This document shows positions 56,638 to 64,000 of a stretch of 64,000 nucleotides of DNA, piece after piece. A program made the position numbers and the translations under genes. Origin of the DNA: a virus (Duplodnaviria; Caudoviricetes); IMG/VR virus record IMGVR_UViG_3300028738_000008. One strand, given 5' to 3'. Below the pieces are notes generated by a model. That model searched no databases, was not told the origin of the DNA, and saw nothing but the letters and a program-made list of their open reading frames with translations. The first letter of the stretch is position 1. Each line of letters starts with the position of its first letter.

Positions 56638-58767
56638 ATGAATAAAACGTTAGTAATTACTACAGGTACAACCAGTGAGGATAAGTATATTAAGCTTAAA
56701 TTAGAACAAGATATTGAAACATTAAACATTTTAAGCTTAAACATATCGACCAGTGACGTATATCAGGACTTCAATTCTGACTACGGTATTCTGATCGGTA
56801 GAGTTAATGGAAACGATAGTGTTGGAATACCTAATGCAAAGATTTCTATATTTATACCTCTAAGTGACGCTGATTCTCTTGATAGTGAAATCAGTGGAAT
56901 CTACCCATATACCACGCCAAGAATAAAAAATGCTGATGGTAAAAGATATAATTTATTGCCACGTATAGGTAAGAGCGATCCAATTACTGGAATTATTGCG
57001 CCAACACAGCCGTTTGGTTCATTTCCGATAAAGGAGGAAATAGTCACAAATATAGCTTTAATGAATGTTTATAAAAAATATTACAAATATACAGCTGTTA
57101 CCAATGATTCTGGCGATTATATGATATTTGGCGTGCCAATCGGTACGCAAACAGTACATATGAGCGTAGATATTACCGACATTGGAAAGTACTCAATGAC
57201 GCCTGCCGCAATGGTTGTCAATCTAGGATATTCGCCAAATTTATTTAACGCAAATAAAACAAGAATAAAAAAAAGTAATGATTTGGCGGACTTACCAAAT
57301 ATTGAAACACAAGATATTAGTGTAAATATAATATCGTTTTGGGGTGATACTGCAAATTATGAAATAGGTATAACGAGACAAGATTTTAGAATACGATCAG
57401 TGCTGGCAAATACTGTTACAATATTCGGCTCAGTATTTACTGACGGCGAATTGTCTATGTGGGGTCGTAATAGCGATAATGACAGAGCTATACGTGAATT
57501 ATATTCGCTAAAAGCATATCAAAATAATTTTGGACTGGATGCAAGTAGAATTAATGTTGGGATATCTTCAAAAAGAAGCGTAAATGTTACTGAAAAAATA
57601 TATTATTATCCCTCAAGTGTGACAGATGAATATATACTCGCTAATAATGCTATTGATATATCCGATGAAATGATATTATTAGATAAGAATGAATATTCCG
57701 TTTACAATAATAATGGCTCATTTGCCTTTATTATTAACTGTAATAGAAATAAAATTATAACAGATAAATCTGGAAATTCTATTTCTGTGCCAGATGATTA
57801 TAATGGCGGAATATATACAGAATTTAGAGGATTTGCCACATTCGAAATAAATGATGTCGATGCACCACTAAATATCGATGATTTTATTGGTGATAATACT
57901 TGGATAAAGGCATTTAGATATAAGTTAAAAGTTCCACAATTTGCTGTTGGCAATAATTCGTTTACAATGCCCGTTGGTGGCACGGAATCGCCTCAAACAA
58001 TCGCATGGAGAAAACAGGATCAAATATTTAAAGGCGGATCATATTACAGTGTTGCAAAATTTCATGGACTTGTTTATAATAACGAAGGCGATGACAATAA
58101 TCAGACCGATGAACCTAGTACAGGATATATTGCTCATGATGACGTTAATATTGGAATTCGTCAATATACAAATAATGTTGGGATCATTCAAACTGATGAT
58201 TCATTCTTTAATGACGTAACAGGACTAACAACTATTGAGAATAGTAAATATTTTCTACCTTCGAATATTGGAGCTGACACTAGTAGATATTTTGGTGGAA
58301 ACTGGCTAAATTTTTCGCTACATATGCCTCAAGTAGGATATTGTCACATTGGCTCTGGATATATTAAACATATGAAATCTACGACGAATTTTTCCAGAAA
58401 CTATCGAGACCCTTATTTTTATGAGAATAATGACCAACAAATAGCCGCTACAGATACCAATACAAAAGGGTTTGCGAGATCAGATTTACATTATACATCA
58501 TTTATTGAGGTTAATAAAGAGGATTTAAAAAAAATAGTAAGCCTAAACAACGGCTTTAAAATGTCTGATTTAACTGCTACAGGGATAACACTAACAACAA
58601 CCGATTTTAAAAATGGCTTAGCACAATGTCCATTAGATCGAAATGGTGTAAGCGGTGGTAGGATTAATTCAGATCCTTCTCAATCAATAGATACTGATAC
58701 ATATTTTTTTAAAGGATTGGGGTCATCTGATTGTTTTAAACTTCTAAGAGATATTGGCATAATTTAA
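56638..58767 (+). CDS. putative virion structural protein
   Basis: About 709 aa from the ATG at 56638; DYGILIGRV..GIPNAKISIFIP..YTAVTNDSGDYMIFGVPIG (carboxypeptidase-regulatory/Ig-like repeat pattern). Confidence 0.6.
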   Translation: MNKTLVITTGTTSEDKYIKLKLEQDIETLNILSLNISTSDVYQDFNSDYGILIGRVNGNDSVGIPNAKISIFIPLSDADSLDSEISGIYPYTTPRIKNADGKRYNLLPRIGKSDPITGIIAPTQPFGSFPIKEEIVTNIALMNVYKKYYKYTAVTNDSGDYMIFGVPIGTQTVHMSVDITDIGKYSMTPAAMVVNLGYSPNLFNANKTRIKKSNDLADLPNIETQDISVNIISFWGDTANYEIGITRQDFRIRSVLANTVTIFGSVFTDGELSMWGRNSDNDRAIRELYSLKAYQNNFGLDASRINVGISSKRSVNVTEKIYYYPSSVTDEYILANNAIDISDEMILLDKNEYSVYNNNGSFAFIINCNRNKIITDKSGNSISVPDDYNGGIYTEFRGFATFEINDVDAPLNIDDFIGDNTWIKAFRYKLKVPQFAVGNNSFTMPVGGTESPQTIAWRKQDQIFKGGSYYSVAKFHGLVYNNEGDDNNQTDEPSTGYIAHDDVNIGIRQYTNNVGIIQTDDSFFNDVTGLTTIENSKYFLPSNIGADTSRYFGGNWLNFSLHMPQVGYCHIGSGYIKHMKSTTNFSRNYRDPYFYENNDQQIAATDTNTKGFARSDLHYTSFIEVNKEDLKKIVSLNNGFKMSDLTATGITLTTTDFKNGLAQCPLDRNGVSGGRINSDPSQSIDTDTYFFKGLGSSDCFKLLRDIGII

Positions 58768-58771
58768 CGAC

Positions 58772-60001
58772 ATGGATAACAAATATAAAATATTACTAAA
58801 TAGCACTAAGAATATAGATTCTGTTAATTCAGACGTTAATATAAAAATTGAATTGGTTCGAAAAGACAATGGACTAAACGAATCAGAGCAAGACGAATTT
58901 GTTAGCTCTACCGACGTTTTTAACTCTGAGAGAGAGTCTCATAATAATTATAGAATTTATGGTTCGATAGAATACATGTCGATGCTAAATGGAATTAAAA
59001 ACGATTTAAGTGACGCTAGCAGGGATGATTATTTTATAACGGTTACTGGCGATACAAAAAGTTTATTAAATTCGTTTGAATTTTATTTATTAAGACCAAA
59101 GAATAATGACAGCTACACTGGCGTTACAACTAATAGCTATATTCGAACATTTGATATTATTGCTTATCCGTCAGATTTCGATATTTATAATGCTGGCTTT
59201 TCTAGGAATATATACGGTGACCAGAAATACTCATTTGTAATTAATAAAGACATTGATAATAATGGCTATTATGAGAGAAATAATATGCCAATTACTGATC
59301 TGTATATGTATGCTAATTATAAGCCAAACGTTGGCGAAACCATTTCTGGCATAACATGGAATTTCACTGGTGAAACAGTAACGGGTGCTACAAATATGTC
59401 GGATTATTGTACAATGGACATGACGACATATACGCAGATTGTGACGGCTTCTCAGGTTAATTATATTGATACACCATATGTTACAACAGGGGGTACTAAA
59501 TACTTCTCATGGAAGTACTTGCCAATGATACCAATAAAGATTAATTTACTAAGCGACGAGTTATTCAAGATTGGCTCTAGTCTGCAAATGTCCACAGGAG
59601 TTATTACAGGTATTACAGGACTTACAAGCTATGAATTCAATCCATTACAGCCAATTGAGTTGGGGGTTATATCTGGAAGCACTTCAGACGTTTATTCTGG
59701 CAGCACTTCTTACGATTTAGTGAACTCAATTCCAGAGTATGCTTATGATCTTGGCGATGGAAGATATATATGGCGAAACATATTACCTCAAGACTATATT
59801 AATCCGATAACAAGCGTTACTCTTAGCAATCCGTTTATGAATGGTAGCAGGTATGTTTTCACAAGCATTATTCTTGATGTGAGTGCCAATAAAGAAGTTC
59901 TTAATACTGCAAATGAATTTAGAAATATCGACTTTAGCTTCACAGTTATAAATAATAAGCCAGTTTCAGACCTTAATGATATAGGAAAGCCATGCAAATA
60001 A
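58772..60001 (+). CDS. putative virion structural protein
   Basis: 409 aa Thr/Gly/Asn-rich with SGST/TGxT repeats. Confidence 0.6.
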   Translation: MDNKYKILLNSTKNIDSVNSDVNIKIELVRKDNGLNESEQDEFVSSTDVFNSERESHNNYRIYGSIEYMSMLNGIKNDLSDASRDDYFITVTGDTKSLLNSFEFYLLRPKNNDSYTGVTTNSYIRTFDIIAYPSDFDIYNAGFSRNIYGDQKYSFVINKDIDNNGYYERNNMPITDLYMYANYKPNVGETISGITWNFTGETVTGATNMSDYCTMDMTTYTQIVTASQVNYIDTPYVTTGGTKYFSWKYLPMIPIKINLLSDELFKIGSSLQMSTGVITGITGLTSYEFNPLQPIELGVISGSTSDVYSGSTSYDLVNSIPEYAYDLGDGRYIWRNILPQDYINPITSVTLSNPFMNGSRYVFTSIILDVSANKEVLNTANEFRNIDFSFTVINNKPVSDLNDIGKPCK

Positions 60002-60008
60002 TGCATAA

Positions 60009-60054
60009 TTGCGGCATGCATGTGTATAGTATATAATACACATGCATGCCGCAA
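60009..60054. repeat. perfect 19-bp GC-rich inverted repeat
   Basis: TTGCGGCATGCATGTGTAT / ATACACATGCATGCCGCAA with an 8-nt spacer. Confidence 0.95.
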
Positions 60055-60068
60055 ATATCACCTAACGT

Positions 60069-60078
60069 GTATTTATAT
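60069..60078 (+). promoter_or_regulatory. putative late promoter GTATTTATAT
   Basis: Exact motif 19 nt upstream of the ATG at 60098. Confidence 0.65.
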
Positions 60079-60097
60079 GATATTAATAATGTAAACA

Positions 60098-60877
60098 ATG
60101 CAAATAAAAAAAACGATAATACTTAACGGCAACGATACGATGTTTCAAATCCCTTTGTCATCCAATTGTGATACCATTGGTTCTGATAACGATGTTAAGA
60201 AAATATCGTCAAGTATTTCGAATGATTTGATTAATCCCATTGTGGATAATGAAGTTAAGCGAATAACTTATGCGACTGGCGTCACTAACACAATTGTCTT
60301 CAATTACTATAACTATACTGGTACAACCTACAGTACATCACTTATTTATAGTAACAATTTTACGCAAGCAGAGTATGATTCGTATGACCCTAAATTGCTA
60401 AATAGCTTTTATATTTTCGATGTTTTTGATAGTCCCAATGTATTGAATCAGAATAGGATTTATCGAACATATTTATCAAAAATACATGCAGATAATGCCT
60501 TTGTTATATCCAATAGAACTAATCAGTTTAACTCGATTTTTATACCTTCTTATCTTTTAAACGCTTCTGGCAGCACGACATACTATGGCAGGTTTATGTT
60601 TTATAATGCTAAGTTGAATAAGGTTCTAACATTTAATAATCAGTTATATGTAGCCGATACTATTACCACTAGAAAAATGACTTTCGAGATCATCGTGAAC
60701 AATTTAACAAAAACATGGTATTTCGCAGATGGTAGTGCTATAAATGCTATAGAAATTGTTCAAACAAATAATAACTTTACCACAAAGGTAAACAACAGTG
60801 TAACTGGCTTCGAGGTGAAGAAACCTGAATACACTGCTGGAACTGCTTTTGATTATAAGAATATAAATTATTATTGA
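60098..60877 (+). CDS. putative virion structural protein
   Basis: 259 aa Asn/Thr/Tyr-rich, under the late motif. Confidence 0.6.
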   Translation: MQIKKTIILNGNDTMFQIPLSSNCDTIGSDNDVKKISSSISNDLINPIVDNEVKRITYATGVTNTIVFNYYNYTGTTYSTSLIYSNNFTQAEYDSYDPKLLNSFYIFDVFDSPNVLNQNRIYRTYLSKIHADNAFVISNRTNQFNSIFIPSYLLNASGSTTYYGRFMFYNAKLNKVLTFNNQLYVADTITTRKMTFEIIVNNLTKTWYFADGSAINAIEIVQTNNNFTTKVNNSVTGFEVKKPEYTAGTAFDYKNINYY

Positions 60878-61632
60878 AAACTGACGCCAATTCTCGTAGT
60901 TCTTTTAGACTTAGTTATCTCAAAATCCTTTTCATCCTGAATAAAGCCCATTAGCTTTACAGTATATTTTGTGACAAATAATCTGTCGCCATCAATATTC
61001 TCAATGGGATTGTTTTCGGCAACGTCTTCAAATACCAGTGGCATCGGGTAATTCTTCACGAATACGAATGCCTGACTAGATGCAAATGCTTTCAATGTTT
61101 GTTCATCGAATAAATTTATGTCAACACGATATTTGGTAAATAACGAAATCTCAAATTTTAAATCGACGTTAATAGGCTCAGGTGTTTTAAATATCAGATG
61201 CACTAATTCGCCAGCGTCCATTATAGGTACTTCATAATATCTAAATTTCTTCAATTGGGGTATTAAGTATTTTACTGCGCCAAGTCTTGTTCCCTTACTC
61301 TTTTCTGTACGTCTTACGGTAATATATGGCGTTGCGACATTTTTATCAGCATCACTAAACTTCCATGTTTTTGAAAACTCGCCCCATCTATCATTATCAA
61401 GATAAAACGTAGGCACAATTACGCCATCAATAACAAGTTTCATTTTCTCACTATTGACAAAGTCTAAAATGGCTTGATCCAAGTCCTCAATCTGAATTGT
61501 TCGTGGTAAATATTTCGTATTTAACTTTGTATCATTCATTAATTTTTCGATTCTTTCCATGCCATAATGCATATAATCGTTTCCAACTATTGGCGGATTT
61601 GTATCGATAATTATTTTTTTTGGTAATGACAT
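60871..61632 (-). CDS. tail terminator / sheath stabilizer-like protein (gp15-like)
   Basis: YLPRTIQIEDLDQA..PYITVRR..PEPINVDLKFEISLFTKYRVDIN..DRLFVTKYTVKLMG. Confidence 0.55.
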   Translation of the reverse strand: MSLPKKIIIDTNPPIVGNDYMHYGMERIEKLMNDTKLNTKYLPRTIQIEDLDQAILDFVNSEKMKLVIDGVIVPTFYLDNDRWGEFSKTWKFSDADKNVATPYITVRRTEKSKGTRLGAVKYLIPQLKKFRYYEVPIMDAGELVHLIFKTPEPINVDLKFEISLFTKYRVDINLFDEQTLKAFASSQAFVFVKNYPMPLVFEDVAENNPIENIDGDRLFVTKYTVKLMGFIQDEKDFEITKSKRTTRIGVSFQ

Positions 61633-61641
61633 ACTTTTTTA

Positions 61642-61651
61642 ATATAAATAC
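61642..61651 (-). promoter_or_regulatory. putative late promoter GTATTTATAT
   Basis: Exact motif 9 nt upstream of the ATG; back-to-back with a host-type promoter. Confidence 0.65.
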
Positions 61652-61682
61652 TTGCATTTTATTATAGATATTAATACCTTTG
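61651..61682 (+). promoter_or_regulatory. Bacteroidota sigma70-type promoter (TTG -33, TACCTTTG -7)
   Basis: CTTGCATTTTATTATAGATATTAATACCTTTG; the -7 element is at 61675-61682. Confidence 0.7.
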
Positions 61683-61694
61683 CAAGAAAAATAT

Positions 61695-62045
61695 ATGCTA
61701 ATTACTAGAAAGGAAAAATTAAACGATGACGGTTCAATAGGATATATTGAATCCGTCTTCAATTCGGGAAATGTAATGAAGACAACATACTTTCCAGCTA
61801 TGGATAAGCTCTATATAGCGTTCAATCGTGGCGAAACATACAGTTATGCCAATGTGACGACGGAACTCTATAATACATTCGAAAAGGCTGACTCGCAAGG
61901 CGTATTCTTCTTCAAGACGTTTAATAAAAATTCAAAATACCCTGCTAGGAAGGAATTCACCCTTTACCCAACAGAAGTAAAGGAGATTAAGGACAGCATA
62001 AAAGACGGCATGAAACTTATTGAGAATGAAGATGGAGGAGAATAA
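61695..62045 (+). CDS. KTSC-domain protein
   Basis: SGNVMKTTY..LYIAFNRGETYSYANV..YNTFEKADSQGVFF; ATG at 61695. Confidence 0.78.
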   Translation: MLITRKEKLNDDGSIGYIESVFNSGNVMKTTYFPAMDKLYIAFNRGETYSYANVTTELYNTFEKADSQGVFFFKTFNKNSKYPARKEFTLYPTEVKEIKDSIKDGMKLIENEDGGE

Positions 62046-62364
62046 ATTGGACTGGAAAGCGTTGGGTTTATTGAACGGGGTTGCTCCTGAAATGGAGAAA
62101 TATACCATTAATGTCTTTGAATTTGCCTTAGATTATATGAACATCCGTTTTGGCTATGCATCAAATGGATTGATATTTTCAGTGATTCTACAAATTATTA
62201 AGAATTATGCGCCGATTAAGAGTGAGATTATCGATATTATTGAAGAAGTGTCAGCGGAAGGCTGTTATGATCGTTCAAAATATACATGCTATAACGAAAT
62301 TGATTGTGAAGCACAATTCGTTAGCGAATACTGCGAAAATAAACTTAAACAATTAAACAATTAA
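62026..62364 (+). CDS. hypothetical protein with W-x-x-L-G-L-L-x-G motif
   Basis: ORF from the ATG at 62026 (or 62032). Confidence 0.7.
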   Translation: MKMEENKLDWKALGLLNGVAPEMEKYTINVFEFALDYMNIRFGYASNGLIFSVILQIIKNYAPIKSEIIDIIEEVSAEGCYDRSKYTCYNEIDCEAQFVSEYCENKLKQLNN

Positions 62365-62374
62365 AAAACATAAA

Positions 62375-62704
62375 ATGATAAACTATTTAAAACAAATCGA
62401 TTACGAGGATATAACCGAAAACAATATTGTTGACAAGCAATATGTTTTTAGAAAGAGTAATTCCGAGAAATGTAAACGAGTTCTTTTCGGCGAATTACCT
62501 GCCGAACTTTTAGACATTATTAATCATAATGATACACACATCGTAACATTGCCGTTTTGTCAATATAATGGTATTGGCTACACTGTTGACGACATTTCAT
62601 TAAATGACATGAAATTAGCTTTATATGAAAATAAGCGTATATTTCTTTACGACTGTTACGACACCCAATTTAAAAATTTTAGAGGACTAATTTTCAGTAA
62701 ATAA
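62375..62704 (+). CDS. hypothetical protein
   Basis: 109 aa ORF. Confidence 0.7.
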   Translation: MINYLKQIDYEDITENNIVDKQYVFRKSNSEKCKRVLFGELPAELLDIINHNDTHIVTLPFCQYNGIGYTVDDISLNDMKLALYENKRIFLYDCYDTQFKNFRGLIFSK

Positions 62705-62707
62705 CAT

Positions 62708-63187
62708 ATGAAAGCAAAAATTTATATCAAGTACCACAATCCAAATTGTAAACTGGAATCTCATGGCAATTGGATTGATTTAAAATCAGCTGAAACAGTC
62801 GTCATGCCAAAGGCATCACACCGACTAATTGATTTAGGCTTCTCGTGTCAGTTGCCAAAGTATTATCAGGCGAATATAGTTCCAAGGTCTTCAACATATA
62901 ATAAATTTGGCTTAATACAAGCTAATCATTATGGAGTGGTTGATGGCCCTGATGCAAACGGCGACGGATATTCTGGAAATGACGATCATTGGAAATTCAG
63001 TGCAATATCGTTGGGAACTGCAAAGGTCGATGAAGGTGATAGAATCTGCCAATTTGAAATCAAGCCAACAATGTTTGCGCCTTGGTATGTAAAGCTTAAG
63101 TGGCTATTTACCAACGATATTGAATTCATTGAAGTTAATGATTTAAAATCTGAAAATAGAGGCGGTCATGGATCAACAGGTAAATAG
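62708..63187 (+). CDS. dut: trimeric dUTPase
   Basis: WIDL, PRSS, GVVD..YSG, GDRICQF and RGGHGSTG motifs. Confidence 0.92.
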   Translation: MKAKIYIKYHNPNCKLESHGNWIDLKSAETVVMPKASHRLIDLGFSCQLPKYYQANIVPRSSTYNKFGLIQANHYGVVDGPDANGDGYSGNDDHWKFSAISLGTAKVDEGDRICQFEIKPTMFAPWYVKLKWLFTNDIEFIEVNDLKSENRGGHGSTGK

Positions 63188-63338
63188 TACCCAGTTAATT
63201 GAAACTAAGGAAGAAGCCATAAAAAGATGGGAAGCTTCGGGTCTTTTGGAAGGTCTTACTGGACTTATTACCGATGGATCGATGGATATGTATAAATGCT
63301 GTCCAGAATCATATATAATTGACGAAAATAATGAATAA
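63168..63338 (+). CDS. 56-aa hypothetical protein resembling a major-capsid-protein N-terminus
   Basis: Not in ORF track: MDQQVNSTQLIETKEEAIKRWEASGLLEGLTGLITDGSMDMYKCCPESYIIDENNE. Confidence 0.6.
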   Translation: MDQQVNSTQLIETKEEAIKRWEASGLLEGLTGLITDGSMDMYKCCPESYIIDENNE

Positions 63339-63342
63339 AATT

Positions 63343-63738
63343 ATGTATACATGGGATTATAGAAGACCTGATAATTTTAGTGCCGACATGCAAAATGATT
63401 GGAATCAAACAATAATGGTTGCATTCAATCATTTTGCTGTTAAACATGCTAAACATCTTAAGACGAATGTTAAGATGTATGTGCCTTAGAAATATAGAGA
63501 TATTATCGAATCGCTGTATTTTTACAGTCCTAAAGAGTCTGAGCTAATGAGTTCGTTTCTTAAAGGAGTATACCTTGTCGAATTTTATGATGGTAGTGTT
63601 GACCCGAAATGTCATCAAAAGGACGCTATTTTATTTGAAACAACACGTGACTGCTCAAAACGTTGTACAAGTGCTTGTAAGTGTAACGAGATCAAGACAT
63701 TTCCAGTCGAATTATTAATTTTTAATCATAACAAGTAA
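63343..63738 (+). pseudogene. about 131-codon gene interrupted by one in-frame TAG (63487-63489)
   Basis: ATG at 63343 is in frame with the 63547..63738 ORF; the only stop in between is TAG at codon 49. Confidence 0.6.
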
Positions 63739-63745
63739 TAAATAT

Positions 63746-64000
63746 ATGAGAATTGAATTAGGTAAAATAACAGAATACCAAGATAAACAATGTGAGTTGT
63801 TTTCTAATTATAGCGTTTCATCTTCTTTGGATGAATATGAAAAAAGAAATCAATTTAATAAAGATAAAATAATAAACGATATTTATAACGGCAAAAAGGC
63901 GGAGTTTTTAGTTTACAACTTATTAATATCAAGAAAAAAAGAACTAAATTCCCCTGATTTAAATATATACGAAAAATACAATAAATCTTATGATGCTGAT
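63746..64000 (+). CDS. hypothetical protein, possible PD-(D/E)xK-type nuclease (partial)
   Basis: Open to the window end: MRIELGK..GKKAEFLVY..SPDLNIY..KSYDAD. Confidence 0.5.
   Translation, partial: MRIELGKITEYQDKQCELFSNYSVSSSLDEYEKRNQFNKDKIINDIYNGKKAEFLVYNLLISRKKELNSPDLNIYEKYNKSYDAD

Noticed and set aside
1331-63456. The many 60-150 aa ORFs antisense to or nested in long genes in the ORF track (e.g. 17768..18211, 43768..44172, 47080..47517)
   Set aside because: They are shadow ORFs fully overlapping well-supported genes, with no motifs or promoter support.
1-64000. Genome-wide stop-codon reassignment (TAG to Gln)
   Set aside because: Long genes are intact under code 11; several end in TAG at natural C-termini (dUTPase GSTGK, gp26-like FFFPNT). 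Only one internal TAG was found.

Overview
This is a gene-dense, AT-rich 64 kb segment of a large (jumbo-type) contractile-tailed dsDNA phage with T4-superfamily-like genes, read in the standard genetic code. Virion genes (baseplate wedge, gp25, hub, spike, tail sheath, tube, tape measure, terminator, fibres) are interleaved with a replication block (family B DNA polymerase, QueC-like, SNF2 helicase, DnaB/gp41 helicase, 5'-3' exonuclease, RecA/UvsX, gp32-like SSB). Accessory genes include four glycosyltransferases, PhoH, a HAD nucleotidase, dUTPase, KTSC, Nudix, WYL and ParB-like proteins. Two promoter classes are visible: Bacteroidota-type TAnnTTTG elements, which point to a Bacteroidota host, and a GTATTTATAT motif in front of virion genes, with a gp55-like sigma factor in the window. 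Main observations: (1) a 1289-aa protein joining a CCA-adding enzyme, three copies of an unrecognised domain and a 2H phosphoesterase, with protease-site-like Glu motifs at every domain junction, inside a late operon of candidate head-packaged effectors; (2) a -1 frameshift signal fusing gp26-like and gp51-like ORFs upstream of the tape measure gene; (3) apparent absence of CCGG; (4) a gene interrupted by a single TAG; (5) mini-ORFs resembling a major-capsid N-terminus; (6) a structured, promoter-driven non-coding region. All family calls come from motif recognition by eye; no database search was run.
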